64,000 nt of DNA from an uncultured Verrucomicrobiae bacterium. Lineage in GTDB: Bacteria; Verrucomicrobiota; Verrucomicrobiia; Chthoniobacterales; JAATET01. The stretch lies in contig CAVRCI010000001.1 of the NCBI GenBank assembly GCA_963719495.1, positions 288,001 through 352,000 of the forward strand. The letters are read 5' to 3'. The position numbers and the translations under genes are program-made. The notes beneath the pieces were generated by a model. The model saw only the letters and a list, made by a program, of their open reading frames with translations. It ran no database searches and was not told the origin of the DNA. Below are positions 1 to 10,079 of this stretch, in pieces; position 1 is the first letter of the stretch; each line of letters starts with the position of its first letter.

Positions 1-650
1 ATCCCAACGCACCATCCCGCCAACACGTCAGTTGGAAAATGCACCCCCAGATACAGCCGCGACAAACCGACGAGCACCGTCAGCAGCACCGCCCACGCCA
101 TGCAGTAGAGTTTCTCCCGGCGCACCGCGGTCGCCGCCGACAGCAGCAGACCGATCGAAAGAAACGTCGCCGCCGACAACGTCGAATGGCCGCTTGGAAA
201 GCTCATGTCGCTCGTCGGCATCAATCGAAAAGCCAGTTCCGGTCGCTCGCGGTCGAAGAACAATTTCATCGTCACGCTCAGGACCGTCGCCCCGACCACC
301 GACACCATCAGCAGGGCCACCAACGTCCACTTCCGTCGGATGGCCAGCCATCCCGCGGAGAGCAGAGTGACAAGAGTGAGCACCGCCGCGCTCCCCAACG
401 CGGTCACGTCGCGCACCACTCGCTGCAACGCCTCCGGCCCGATCGGCGTCCCGAGGTCACCCGGCTGCCGCAAAGCCACCAACACCCCCCGGTCGAAGTC
501 CGCCGTTGCCCCCTCGCGCACCTCGTCCGCCAATTCCGCAAACGCCCAGGCGCAAACCACGATCACGAGCAAACCCGCCAAGGTCCCGGCCTCGAAAAAT
601 CCCGACCGCCAACCGGACCACCTCCCCATTCTCGAAAGAGTGCGCCGCAC
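1..650 (-). CDS. PAP2-family (undecaprenyl-diphosphate-type) phosphatase, 3' end runs off window
   Basis: Manual minus-strand translation gives SRLYLGVHFPTDVLAGWCVG (PAP2 C3 motif) and a hydrophobic N-terminus; start GTG 650 or ATG 629; missing from the ORF track because it is truncated. Confidence 0.85.
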   Translation of the reverse strand, partial: MRRTLSRMGRWSGWRSGFFEAGTLAGLLVIVVCAWAFAELADEVREGATADFDRGVLVALRQPGDLGTPIGPEALQRVVRDVTALGSAAVLTLVTLLSAGWLAIRRKWTLVALLMVSVVGATVLSVTMKLFFDRERPELAFRLMPTSDMSFPSGHSTLSAATFLSIGLLLSAATAVRREKLYCMAWAVLLTVLVGLSRLYLGVHFPTDVLAGWCVG

Positions 651-687
651 TCGATCCCCCAGAGAATCCGCCCTCCCCACGAATCGA

Positions 688-2136
688 TTACTCGAACAAG
701 CCGAGAATCGGCTGCGGATACACGCCCAGCACGAAGATCGCCACCGCCATCACGACCATCGCGATCCGGGCCGCGAGCGACACTTCGAAAGTCACCGCCT
801 CGTCGGGCGGAGCCTGCCAATACATCGCCCGAGCAATTTTCAGGTAGTAATAAAAGCCCGCCGCCACCGTGACCGCACCGATCACGACCAGCACCACGTG
901 ACCTTCGGCCAGCGCGGCTTGGAAGATGAACAGCTTGCCCAGGAATCCAGCCGTGAACGGAATTCCCGCCAGCGAAAGCATCGGAAGCAGCATCGCCGCG
1001 GCCAACCATGGAGCCCGTTTCGCCAGTCCGTTGAAGTGCGCAATGTCGTCACCACCCACCGCTTTCGAAGCGATCACGAGCACGAGAAACGCCAACATCG
1101 TCGTGAACAGATACGCCACGAGGTAGAACGAAACCGCCGCGCCGGCCGTCAGAGCCCCCACGCTGGCTACACCCATGAGCAGATACCCCGCGTGGCCGAT
1201 GCTCGAGTAAGCCAGCAACCGCTTGAAATTCGTCTGCGGCATCGCCGCGAGGTTGCCGTAGATCAAGGTCGCCCCGGCCATGATCGCCAACACCGCGACC
1301 AGCTTCGCCTGAACGGTCGGCAACACGTAAAACGGTTCCAACACCCGCAGCAGGACCACAAATCCCGCCGCCTTCGAGCCGACGGAAAGAAAGGCCGTCA
1401 CCGGAGTCGGCGCTCCCTGGTAAACGTCCGGCACCCAGAATTGAAACGGCACCGCCGCGACCTTGAACCCGAGGGCCACCAGCACCAAAGCCACGCCGAA
1501 GAGCAACGCCGTCAAATTGACCCGTGGCAACGATTCGAGCGCCACCCCGATCGCTGCCAAATTAGTCTGCCCAGTCACGCCGTAGATCCACGTGATGCCA
1601 TAGACCAAGAATCCCGTCGAAAGCGCACCGAGAATGAGATACTTCGTCGCGGCCTCCAGCCCGGTCGGACTCCGCCGCAGATACGCGACCATCACGTAGA
1701 ACGAGATCGTCACCAGCTCGAGCGCCACGAAAATCGAAACGAAATCCGCCGCCGAAGCCATCCACATCAGACCCGCGCAGGTGAAAAGCGGCAGGACAAA
1801 AAATTCACCCACCCCGGCCTCACCGCCCACTCCATAGATGAACCGCCGCACGACCGGTGCGTAGTCGATCGACATCACGAGCACGAAAATCGTCGTGACC
1901 AGCGCAAACTGCTTGAAGAGCATCGCGAACGGATCGGCGAGGTAGAAACGAGCGTAGGCCGCGTCCACCGGGATCGCCGCCGGATCGGCCACGAACGAAA
2001 GCCCGAGCACCACCAGCAAGCCGACGATGCCTCCGTAAGCGAAGACCGCTTTCGGAGCCTTCGTCAGGAAGGCCTCGAGCATCAGCAGAACGATGCCGAG
2101 GCAGACGACGGAAATTTCGAGGTAGATCGGGTTCAC
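688..2136 (-). CDS. nuoN: NADH-quinone oxidoreductase subunit N
   Basis: EAATKYLILG and GFKVAAVPFQFWVPDVYQGAPTPV motifs; operon order. Confidence 0.95.
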   Translation of the reverse strand: MNPIYLEISVVCLGIVLLMLEAFLTKAPKAVFAYGGIVGLLVVLGLSFVADPAAIPVDAAYARFYLADPFAMLFKQFALVTTIFVLVMSIDYAPVVRRFIYGVGGEAGVGEFFVLPLFTCAGLMWMASAADFVSIFVALELVTISFYVMVAYLRRSPTGLEAATKYLILGALSTGFLVYGITWIYGVTGQTNLAAIGVALESLPRVNLTALLFGVALVLVALGFKVAAVPFQFWVPDVYQGAPTPVTAFLSVGSKAAGFVVLLRVLEPFYVLPTVQAKLVAVLAIMAGATLIYGNLAAMPQTNFKRLLAYSSIGHAGYLLMGVASVGALTAGAAVSFYLVAYLFTTMLAFLVLVIASKAVGGDDIAHFNGLAKRAPWLAAAMLLPMLSLAGIPFTAGFLGKLFIFQAALAEGHVVLVVIGAVTVAAGFYYYLKIARAMYWQAPPDEAVTFEVSLAARIAMVVMAVAIFVLGVYPQPILGLFE

Positions 2137-3605
2137 GGCAGCAAAATCGAGGGTGTCACGAACTGAAGGACCATCTGGGGCCGAAACCCGATCGCCAGCA
2201 GAACGACGACGAGGAAGATCACCGACACCTTCGGCCAGAAAGAGATGTCAGCCAGCCCAGCCCAGCGCTCGGGCATCGAGCCGAAGAAAACCTTCCGGTA
2301 AGCGCGCAGCATGTAAACGGCGGAAATCACCACGCCCCACACCGCGATCACCGTCGTGATCTGCATCGCGTTCAGCCCGCTGCCCAATCCACCCCCGCCG
2401 GCGAAAGCCCCAAAGAAGACGAGCAACTCACCGGGAAAATTCGCAAAACCCGGCAGCCCGATCGAAGCCATCGCCGCAAAACCAAAGAGCAACCCCATCG
2501 TCGGCGTCACCTTGCCCAACCCGCCCAACTCCGAAAGCTCGAGCGTCCCGGTCCGCTCGCGGATCGACCCGCAGAGCGCAAACAATGCCGCGATCGAGAG
2601 CCCATGCGCCACCATGAGAAGACCCGCGCCGCTCAAACTCAGCTCGTTCATCGCGACCACCCCGAGGAAAATGTAGCCCATGTGCATCACGCTGGAATAC
2701 CCGAGCATCCAGTCGAGCCGCTTCTGAGCGATCGTGACCAGACCGACGTAAAGCAAGTTCGCCGCGATCAGCACCAGGAAAAGGTTGAGATACTGCTGCA
2801 TCGCCTCCGGGAAAATCGGAACGACGATCCGGATGATGCCGTAGAGGCCGAATTTCTTGAGCACCCCGGCGTGCAGCATCGCCGCCGGGGTCGGGGCGCT
2901 GGCGTAAGCCTGCGGGGCCCAGGTGTGGAATGGAAACAACGAGACCAGCGTTCCAAAACCAAAGAACAACAGGAAGAAGACCCAATCCGGCGGCCGCAGC
3001 TCCCCGCTCAACGCCGCGGACTGCATCGCGACGAGGTCGAACGTCCGACCGCCCTCCGGCATCGCCGCGTAGAGTCCGAGAATGCCGAGCAGCAGCACGA
3101 AGCTGCCGAGCCCGAGATAAATCGTCGCCTTCCAGGCCGCCGCCTGTCGGTCGCCCGATCCCCAGATGCCAATCAGCAGGAAGGTTGGGATCAGCGCGAG
3201 TTCGTGGAAGGCGTAAAGCACGAGCACGTCCATCGACGAAAAGGCTCCCACCACACCGGCGCTGATGAACAACACGCACGCCACGAATAAATCCTCGCGC
3301 TCCGTTTCCGCCGGAATCACCCACACGGCCGCAACCGTCACGATCGCCGCCAGGAGCAGCATCGCCAGACTCAAGCCATCCGCGCCGAATGAAAGCGAGA
3401 TCCCGTAACTCGTCGCCAGATCGAAGGACGACAGAAACTGGAATCCGCCCTTCCCGATATCGTAGAAAAACAGCAGCACCACCGTGAGCGCGAGCAGCAC
3501 GACCGAAAACACCCGCCCAACCAGGCGTCCGCCGCCCGAGACGAGGGCCAGCAACGCACCGACCAGCGGCACCAGAGTCAGAAATAGCAGCGGACTCACA
3601 CTCAT
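2133..3605 (-). CDS. nuoM: NADH-quinone oxidoreductase subunit M
   Basis: FPFHTWAPQAYASAP, GVLKKFGLYG, YSSVMHMG motifs. Confidence 0.95.
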   Translation of the reverse strand: MSVSPLLFLTLVPLVGALLALVSGGGRLVGRVFSVVLLALTVVLLFFYDIGKGGFQFLSSFDLATSYGISLSFGADGLSLAMLLLAAIVTVAAVWVIPAETEREDLFVACVLFISAGVVGAFSSMDVLVLYAFHELALIPTFLLIGIWGSGDRQAAAWKATIYLGLGSFVLLLGILGLYAAMPEGGRTFDLVAMQSAALSGELRPPDWVFFLLFFGFGTLVSLFPFHTWAPQAYASAPTPAAMLHAGVLKKFGLYGIIRIVVPIFPEAMQQYLNLFLVLIAANLLYVGLVTIAQKRLDWMLGYSSVMHMGYIFLGVVAMNELSLSGAGLLMVAHGLSIAALFALCGSIRERTGTLELSELGGLGKVTPTMGLLFGFAAMASIGLPGFANFPGELLVFFGAFAGGGGLGSGLNAMQITTVIAVWGVVISAVYMLRAYRKVFFGSMPERWAGLADISFWPKVSVIFLVVVLLAIGFRPQMVLQFVTPSILLP

Positions 3606-5446
3606 GAAGGCACCACGATGAGATAGTAAATGAGGGCGATCACACCGGCGCCGAAGAAGAAGGCGTAAGCTTGAAGGTTACCCAGCTGCAGGAACCGGAG
3701 GGAGAATCCGAAGGCCCACGTCAGCCGGGAAGTCAGCCCGACCCCCATGCCGTCAATCACCCAGCGATCGAAGAACGCCGAAACCGCCGCCAATCCGTCC
3801 TGAGCCCAACGAACCAGCCACGCGTAGAACGCGTCGATGTAGAGCCGATTCTCGAAGAGCGGGATGCGAATCGGATCCTTGGCCGGCGAGCCCCGGTAGA
3901 TTGCGATCGTCGTCGCGATGCCCGCGAAGACCAGCAACTTCAAAAGAAGCGGGACCCAGAAGGGCACGTGGTGCGGGTGCTCGATGGTGACGAAAATCTC
4001 CTGCAAAAACGAATACCCGAGAAAGATCGAAGGCACCGCCAGGATCGCCAGCGGCACGACCATGATGAGCGGCGATTCGTGCGCGTGCTTGGCCGCGTCA
4101 CTGCGAGGACTCCCCATGAACACCACCCAAAGCAACCGGGTCGTGTAGAGCGCCGTGATGAACACCCCACCCGCCGCGAGCCAGAACCAGGCCCCACCCG
4201 CCTGGTAGGCGTATTCGATGATGAGATCCTTACTGAAATAACCACTCGTGATGTAAGGAAAACCCATCAGCGCCAACCCGCCGATCACCGTCGCGAAGAA
4301 CGTGAGTGGCATCTTGTTCTTCAGCGCGCCCATCTTCCAAATGTTCTGCTCGTGGTGCATTCCCATGATCACCGACCCCGCGCAGAGGAAGAGCAGGCAC
4401 TTGAAGCAGGCGTGCGTGATGAGGTGGAACATCGCCACGCCCTCGACCGGCGCGACCGCGATCCCCATCACCATGTAACCAAGCTGCGAAATCGTCGAAT
4501 ACGCCAGGATGCGCTTGATGTCGTCCTGCTGGATCCCCATCAGCCCCGCAACGAAACACGTGATGCCGCCCACCCAACCGATCACGGTCAGAGCGTCGGG
4601 AGCCACTTCCAGAATCGGGAAGATCCGGGCCAACAGATAGACGCCCGCCGCGACCATCGTGGCCGCGTGCAGCAGCGACGAGACCGGAGTCGGACCCTCC
4701 ATCGAGTTCGGCAACCAGACGTGCAGCGGCATCTGCGCCGACTTACCGACCGTGCCGCAGAAGACCAAAATGCACGCCGCCGTCAGCCACCCCGCAGCCA
4801 CCCCGCCAACGCCAATGGAAGCCTGCACCTCCGAAAACATCAGCGACCCAGTCAGCATCCAAAAAATGAGAATTCCGAGCATGAACCCGAAATCGCCGAT
4901 GCGATTGACCGTGAACGCCTGTTTGCAAGCCTCCGCCGCCGCGTCGCGTTTGTAGAAGTGTCCGATGAGAACGTAGGAGCTCACGCCGACCAATTCCCAG
5001 AAGATGAACATCATCACGAAATTGTCCGCCAGCACGATCCCCAGCATCGAGAACAGGAAGAGCGACAGCCCCGCGAAGTAACGCGAATAGCCCTCCTCTT
5101 TCTCCATGTAACCGACCGAATACGTGAAGACGATCGTGGCAATCGTCGTGACCAGCACCAGCATCAGCTTACTCAGCGAATCGACGACCACACCGATGTT
5201 CGCCGCGAACTGCACCGGCGAATCGGGTCCGAGAATTTTCCCGAGGTCGATCCACTCGATCTGCACCGACTCGACCCCGCCACTCGGCAGCATGAATAAC
5301 CACCAGCTCAACAAACAAGCCAACCCCGACCCGCCAATCGCCAGAATGGCGCTACCCGCCTTGGAATACCGTCCCGCCAACAAAATCGCCGCCGCCACGA
5401 TCAGCGGCAGAAAAAGAATGATGAAAGGGAGCGTCTGCGAACTCAT
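3602..5446 (-). CDS. nuoL: NADH-quinone oxidoreductase subunit L
   Basis: GKSAQMPLHVWLPNSMEGPTPVS, HAATMVAAGVYL, DIKRILAYST motifs. Confidence 0.95.
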   Translation of the reverse strand: MSSQTLPFIILFLPLIVAAAILLAGRYSKAGSAILAIGGSGLACLLSWWLFMLPSGGVESVQIEWIDLGKILGPDSPVQFAANIGVVVDSLSKLMLVLVTTIATIVFTYSVGYMEKEEGYSRYFAGLSLFLFSMLGIVLADNFVMMFIFWELVGVSSYVLIGHFYKRDAAAEACKQAFTVNRIGDFGFMLGILIFWMLTGSLMFSEVQASIGVGGVAAGWLTAACILVFCGTVGKSAQMPLHVWLPNSMEGPTPVSSLLHAATMVAAGVYLLARIFPILEVAPDALTVIGWVGGITCFVAGLMGIQQDDIKRILAYSTISQLGYMVMGIAVAPVEGVAMFHLITHACFKCLLFLCAGSVIMGMHHEQNIWKMGALKNKMPLTFFATVIGGLALMGFPYITSGYFSKDLIIEYAYQAGGAWFWLAAGGVFITALYTTRLLWVVFMGSPRSDAAKHAHESPLIMVVPLAILAVPSIFLGYSFLQEIFVTIEHPHHVPFWVPLLLKLLVFAGIATTIAIYRGSPAKDPIRIPLFENRLYIDAFYAWLVRWAQDGLAAVSAFFDRWVIDGMGVGLTSRLTWAFGFSLRFLQLGNLQAYAFFFGAGVIALIYYLIVVPS

Positions 5447-5769
5447 CAGAACTTCAGAGCATTGAGGTCTTCGACGTGCGTGGTCTGGCGGGCGCGGAAG
5501 AGCGCCACGATGATCGCCAACCCGACGGCCACCTCAGCCGCCGCCACGGTAATGATGAAAAACACGAGAACCTGACCGTCGAAATTCGGCATCCCGTCGA
5601 GTCCCAGATTGAACCGCGAAAACGCCACCAGCGAAAGCGTCGCCGCGTTCAGCATGAGCTCCAGACACATGAAAATGATGAGAATGTTCCGCCGCAGCAG
5701 CACCCCACCCAGCCCGATCGCAAACAGCACCCCGCTCACGATCAGATAATGAGCGAGGGTCACCTCCAC
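5446..5769 (-). CDS. nuoK: NADH-quinone oxidoreductase subunit K
   Basis: [15 protein letters not shown] and [13 protein letters not shown]; start trimmed to GTG 5769 (or 5763) because the longer ORF runs through a repeat and nuoJ. Confidence 0.92.
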   Translation of the reverse strand: MEVTLAHYLIVSGVLFAIGLGGVLLRRNILIIFMCLELMLNAATLSLVAFSRFNLGLDGMPNFDGQVLVFFIITVAAAEVAVGLAIIVALFRARQTTHVEDLNALKF

Positions 5770-5782
5770 GAGCCACCCCCCC

Positions 5783-5815
5783 AATCCGAAATCCGAAATC
5801 CGAAATCCGAAATCC
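5783..5815. repeat. AATCCGA heptamer array (about 4.7 copies) between nuoJ and nuoK
   Basis: aatccgaaatccgaaatccgaaatccgaaatcc read directly. Confidence 0.9.
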
Positions 5816-5818
5816 CCT

Positions 5819-6322
5819 TCACTTGAGCTCCTTCTTGCTGAGGACCACGCACCCGATCGTCGCCGCCAGCAGCAGAACGCCGATGATCTGAAACGGCAGA
5901 TTGAACCGTTCGAACAACGCCATTCCAAGGGCCGACACGTCGCTCGCCTCGGGGTTGGCCAACGCCGGTTTCGTCATCGCGAAGGACGGCGTCGCCATGA
6001 TCACCTTCGCCAACAGAGCCACGAACCCGCCCAACACCAAGCCACCGCCAATCCAAGCCGGCAAATTCAATTTCCGCCGAATCTCGGTCTTGAGATCCAG
6101 CAGCATGATGATGAAAAGGAAGAGCACCATCACCGCGCCCGCGTAGACGAGAATCTGCACGATCCCGATGAAAAAGGCGTCCAAGGTGATGAACAACGCC
6201 GCCAGCGCGACAAAGGTCATCACCAGACACATCGCCGACGAAACCGGACTGCGGCAGACGACGACACCCGTCCCGAAGGCGAGCATGAGAGCGGCAAAGA
6301 CCCAGAATAGAACCAGCGACAC
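5819..6322 (-). CDS. nuoJ: NADH-quinone oxidoreductase subunit J
   Basis: [20 protein letters not shown] motif. Confidence 0.95.
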   Translation of the reverse strand: MSLVLFWVFAALMLAFGTGVVVCRSPVSSAMCLVMTFVALAALFITLDAFFIGIVQILVYAGAVMVLFLFIIMLLDLKTEIRRKLNLPAWIGGGLVLGGFVALLAKVIMATPSFAMTKPALANPEASDVSALGMALFERFNLPFQIIGVLLLAATIGCVVLSKKELK

Positions 6323-6397
6323 GGTGAGAAAAAAGCGGTGAAAGGATTGGAAGCCGAGGCTTCGGCGAGGGGTTTTACCAGCCGACCCGCGACCCGA

Positions 6398-6928
6398 CTA
6401 CTTTTTTTCGTTCCACTTGTTCACAACGCCGTTCATCACGCCGCCCAGCTCGTAGAGCTTCTCCTTGTCGTGAACCATTTCGGCCCGCGTGAGACCCGTG
6501 ATCGAATAGTCCTTCCGCAGGTAAATCGCCTGCTCCGGACAAACTTCCTCGCACAGCCCGCAATAAATGCAGCGCACCATGTCGATGTCGAACGCCTGCG
6601 GCTTCTTCTCCACCTTCGCCCACCTGTCGTCCGCCGGGATCTCCGCTGGCTTGATCGTGATCGCCCGGGGCGGGCAGATAAATTCACAGAGCTGACAAGA
6701 AACGCACCGCTCGCGCCCCCATTCGTCCTTCACCAGCGTCGGAGCGCCCCGGTAATATTCCGGCAGCTCGGAGTCCCACTTCTCCTCGGGATACTGCATC
6801 GTCACCTTCGTTTCGCCCGACAACCGCTTGCGGAAGTGGTTGATGGTGATCAACAAGCCGCTGAAGAGCGCGGGAAGATAGAGTTTCTCCGCCAGGGAGA
6901 GATTGGGACGTCGGACGACCAGAGCCAT
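6398..6928 (-). CDS. nuoI: NADH-quinone oxidoreductase subunit I
   Basis: Two 4Fe-4S motifs CVSCQLCEFICP and CIYCGLCEEVCP; TMQYPEE. Confidence 0.95.
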   Translation of the reverse strand: MALVVRRPNLSLAEKLYLPALFSGLLITINHFRKRLSGETKVTMQYPEEKWDSELPEYYRGAPTLVKDEWGRERCVSCQLCEFICPPRAITIKPAEIPADDRWAKVEKKPQAFDIDMVRCIYCGLCEEVCPEQAIYLRKDYSITGLTRAEMVHDKEKLYELGGVMNGVVNKWNEKK

Positions 6929-7026
6929 GAGCAAAAAAGGTGAGTTGAACTAGAATACGTGTGATACCCGCCCCCCGACGCCCCTGTCGAGCGACAAAGG
7001 GCAAAATGCCCCCATCCAAAACCCCC

Positions 7027-7057
7027 GTCATCTCGAGCGAAGCGAAAGATCTCTGGC
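7027..7057 (+). repeat. REP-like hairpin element, family A (GTCATnnnGAGCGAAGCGAAnnATCTCTGGC)
   Basis: Matches copies at 8646, 8707, 13815, 21263. Confidence 0.8.
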
Positions 7058-7118
7058 TTCTCAGAATCAGATGCCCGCCAAGCCCAAAGAGATCCGAGAC
7101 CAGCGAGAATTCCTCCCC

Positions 7119-7172
7119 ATCCTGTTAATCCTGTTAATCCTGTTAATCCTGTAAATCCAGTTAATCCCGTTT
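7119..7172. repeat. ATCCTGTTA nonamer array (6 degenerate copies)
   Basis: atcctgtta x3, atcctgtaa, atccagtta, atcccgttt. Confidence 0.9.
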
Positions 7173-7184
7173 AGTTTGCGCAAG

Positions 7185-8576
7185 ATGTCCGACCCGAAAA
7201 CCTGGCAAAACCCCAGCCCCGGCAACCTCGACGACCTCCTCCCCGAGATCACCGCCTCCCCCGTCGAAGACGCGATCACCCGGTCCAACAAGACGTTCAC
7301 CAACTGGTCCCGCCTCTCGCTCGAGTCCCGCAAGGACGCCCTGCGCGGCTGCCGCACCGCCCTCGAGAACCACCGCGACACCCTCGCCCACTCGATCAGC
7401 CAGGAAACCGGCAAACCCCTCACCGAAGCAAAGGGCGAACTCACCGCCGTGCTCGCGAAATTCGACCACACCTTCGAGGACGCCGACCGCCACATCGCCG
7501 AGCGCCCCGTCACTGGCGGCCCGCACCCCGCCGCCATCCGCACCCGCCCGCGCGGCCCCGCCGCCGTCATCGCCCCGTTCAACTTCCCCATCCACCTCGG
7601 CCACGGAGCCGCCGTCGCCTACCTCCTCGCCGGCAACACCGTCCTCTTCAAACCCTCCCCGCTCGCCGCCGCCACGGGCCGAGCCTACGTCCGCGCCATG
7701 CAGTCCGCCCTCCCCCTTGGCGCGATGGAACTCGTTCAGGGTGGCGGCGCGACCGGTGCCCGCCTCTGCAACCACTCCGACGTCCGCTCGGTCTGCTTCA
7801 CCGGCTCGACCGCCACCGGCCGCCAACTCGCCATCGACCTCGCCGAGGATTACTCGAAATCCCTCGCCCTCGAACTCGGCGGAAAAAACGCCACCATCGT
7901 CCTCGACGACGCCGACCTCCCGACCGCCGCCCGCGCCGTCGCCGATTCCTTCTGCGCGACCGCCGGCCAGCGTTGCAACGCCACCAGCCGCGTTCTCGTC
8001 CACGCCAGCGTTCTGGACGAATTCCTCGACCTCCTCCGCGCCGAAATCGGGCGTTACGTCCCCGGCGACCCGCTCGACGAAGCCACCACGCTCGGCGCGC
8101 TCATCTCCGCCACCGCCGTCGACCGCTACCGCGACCTCACCGCTCTCAATGTCGGCGATTGGATCGTCCCCGGCTCGATCCCCGACGAGGTCGCCGGCCA
8201 CCGTGGCCACTATGTCACCCCCGCCGTCGTCCTCGTCCCCGACGCCTCGCAATTCACCGCCACCCCCCTCCACACCGACGAAGCCTTCTGCCCCATCCTC
8301 GCCGTCCTCCCGGTCTCCAACGACTCCGAGGCCATCCGCATCCACAACACCTCGCCCTACGGCCTCACGGCCTCCATTTTCACCACCGCCCCCGACCGAT
8401 TCGAAGCCATCGGCGACGACCTCCGGGTCGGCAACCTCTACCGCAACCTGCCAACGACCTTCGCCCCGTCCACCCTCCCCTTCGGCGGCCACGGCATCTC
8501 GGGAAATGGCAAACCCGGAGCCCGCGGCTTCATCCGCTACTGCGCCGACGAACAAGCCGTGCAGCTTGGTGAGTAG
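7185..8576 (+). CDS. Aldehyde dehydrogenase (succinylglutamate-semialdehyde dehydrogenase AstD-like)
   Basis: ETGKPL, APFNFP, FTGS, LELGGKN, catalytic TAGQRC, PFGGHGISGN; substrate not certain. Confidence 0.85.
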   Translation: MSDPKTWQNPSPGNLDDLLPEITASPVEDAITRSNKTFTNWSRLSLESRKDALRGCRTALENHRDTLAHSISQETGKPLTEAKGELTAVLAKFDHTFEDADRHIAERPVTGGPHPAAIRTRPRGPAAVIAPFNFPIHLGHGAAVAYLLAGNTVLFKPSPLAAATGRAYVRAMQSALPLGAMELVQGGGATGARLCNHSDVRSVCFTGSTATGRQLAIDLAEDYSKSLALELGGKNATIVLDDADLPTAARAVADSFCATAGQRCNATSRVLVHASVLDEFLDLLRAEIGRYVPGDPLDEATTLGALISATAVDRYRDLTALNVGDWIVPGSIPDEVAGHRGHYVTPAVVLVPDASQFTATPLHTDEAFCPILAVLPVSNDSEAIRIHNTSPYGLTASIFTTAPDRFEAIGDDLRVGNLYRNLPTTFAPSTLPFGGHGISGNGKPGARGFIRYCADEQAVQLGE

Positions 8577-8645
8577 TTTGAAGTCGAGAGTCATGAGTTG
8601 AGAGTCACCAAAGCGGCAAAGCCGCGCCCCATCGTCCAAAAAAAC

Positions 8646-8739
8646 CTGTCATGCTGAGCGAAGCGAAGCATCTCTGGCTTCTCACCTCATCTTTCCTCCG
8701 TCCAACCTGTCATGCTGAGCGAAGCGAAGCATCTCTGGC
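8646..8739 (+). repeat. Two tandem family-A REP-like elements
   Basis: ctgtcatgctgagcgaagcgaagcatctctggc at 8646 and 8707. Confidence 0.9.
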
Positions 8740-8830
8740 TTACACTCTTCACCCGCCACCCCGCCACCCGCCCCCCCCCGAAGCCGCCCGCATTGACTCC
8801 GCCCTCCCGACTCTCAACTATCGGCTTTCT

Positions 8831-9994
8831 TTGAAACGCGGCTTCCTCGACAAACTTATCAACCGCATCGGCGTCGTGCAGCCAGCCGACGTCCAAAATT
8901 ACCTCGTCGAGCTTGCCCGCGAGAAGGGCTTCCTCGAGACCATCTTCAACGCCATCCTCGAAGGCGTCATCGTCACCGACCCCCGCGGTCGCGTCATTTA
9001 CCTCAACAGCGCCGCCGCCAGCTTCTTCGGCATCGAAGTCGAACGCAGCATCGGCCGCGCCCTCCAGGAGATCGTCAAGGGCCTCGACATCGCGGCCATC
9101 ACGGCGTCGGGCCAGACGGTGAACCGCGACCTCGAAGTCTTCTATCCCGAGAACCGCTTCCTCAATTTCTACGTCGTCCCGATCCTCAGCGACGACGGCC
9201 AGACGACCGAGGCCCACGCCATCATCCTCCGCGACGCCACCGAGAGCCGCCGGTCCGCCGAGGAGACCATCGAGTCCGAGCGCTTCACCGCCCTCACCCA
9301 CCTCGCCGCCGGCGTCGCCCACGAAATCGGCAACCCGCTCAACTCCCTCAACATCCACCTCCAGCTCCTCGCCCGCCGCGCCAAAAAGCTCCCGCAAAAA
9401 ATCCGCACGACCTACGAGGAAAGCATCCGCGTCGCCCGCGAAGAGGTCGGCCGCCTCGACCACATCATCTCGCAATTTCTCCGCGCGATCCGCCCCCAGC
9501 CCATCGAAACCCACCCCGCGAACCTCAACACCATCGTCCGCGAATCCCTCGCCTTCCTCGCGCCCGAACTCGACAACCGCAACATCCTCGTCGAAACCCA
9601 CCTCGACGAAAGCCTCCCGCCCACCGACCTCGACGCCGACCAGATCAAGCAGGCTCTCTACAACGTCATCCGCAACAGCCTCCAGGCCATGAGCAATGGC
9701 GGCATCCTCCGCGTCACCACCGCCCGCGACGAGACCCACTTCACCGTCACCTTCGCCGACACCGGCGGCGGCATTTCCAACGACGACATGGGCCGCGTCT
9801 TCCAACCGTATTACACGACGAAGGAAAACGGCACCGGCCTCGGCCTCCTCATCGTCCGCCGAATCGTCCGAGCCCACGGCGGCGAAATCGCCATCGAAAG
9901 CACCGCCGGGAAAGGCCTCAACTTCATCATCCGCCTCCCCCGGGTCGATCACCACGTCCGGCTACTGGAGGACCAGTGGAGTTTTAAGAATTAA
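8831..9994 (+). CDS. PAS-domain sensor histidine kinase (NtrB/AtoS-like)
   Basis: LAAGVAHEIGNPLN H-box, NVIRNS N-box, DTGGGI, GTGLGL; likely start TTG 8831 (MKRGFLDK). Confidence 0.9.
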   Translation: MKRGFLDKLINRIGVVQPADVQNYLVELAREKGFLETIFNAILEGVIVTDPRGRVIYLNSAAASFFGIEVERSIGRALQEIVKGLDIAAITASGQTVNRDLEVFYPENRFLNFYVVPILSDDGQTTEAHAIILRDATESRRSAEETIESERFTALTHLAAGVAHEIGNPLNSLNIHLQLLARRAKKLPQKIRTTYEESIRVAREEVGRLDHIISQFLRAIRPQPIETHPANLNTIVRESLAFLAPELDNRNILVETHLDESLPPTDLDADQIKQALYNVIRNSLQAMSNGGILRVTTARDETHFTVTFADTGGGISNDDMGRVFQPYYTTKENGTGLGLLIVRRIVRAHGGEIAIESTAGKGLNFIIRLPRVDHHVRLLEDQWSFKN

Positions 9995-10057
9995 GTTTGG
10001 AAGGATTAAGAAAAACCGGCACCAGACGTCATCCCACCAACTTAATTCTTAAAACTC
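9979..10057. repeat. Perfect 19-bp inverted repeat built from AT-rich heptamers
   Basis: GAGTTTTAAGAATTAAGTT (9979-9997) and AACTTAATTCTTAAAACTC (10039-10057). Confidence 0.9.
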
Positions 10058-10079
10058 ACAACTTAAAACTCCTCCCCCC

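Noticed and set aside
205..5299. Long + strand ORFs antisense to nuoN/M/L (and similar long shadow ORFs opposite glgP, ftsI, the PEP-CTERM gene, etc.)
   Set aside because: Typical high-GC shadow frames opposite well-supported genes; Arg/Gly-rich with no motifs
8651..8830. N-terminal extension of the histidine kinase (MLSEAKHL...)
   Set aside because: It is the translation of two REP elements; the likely start is TTG 8831
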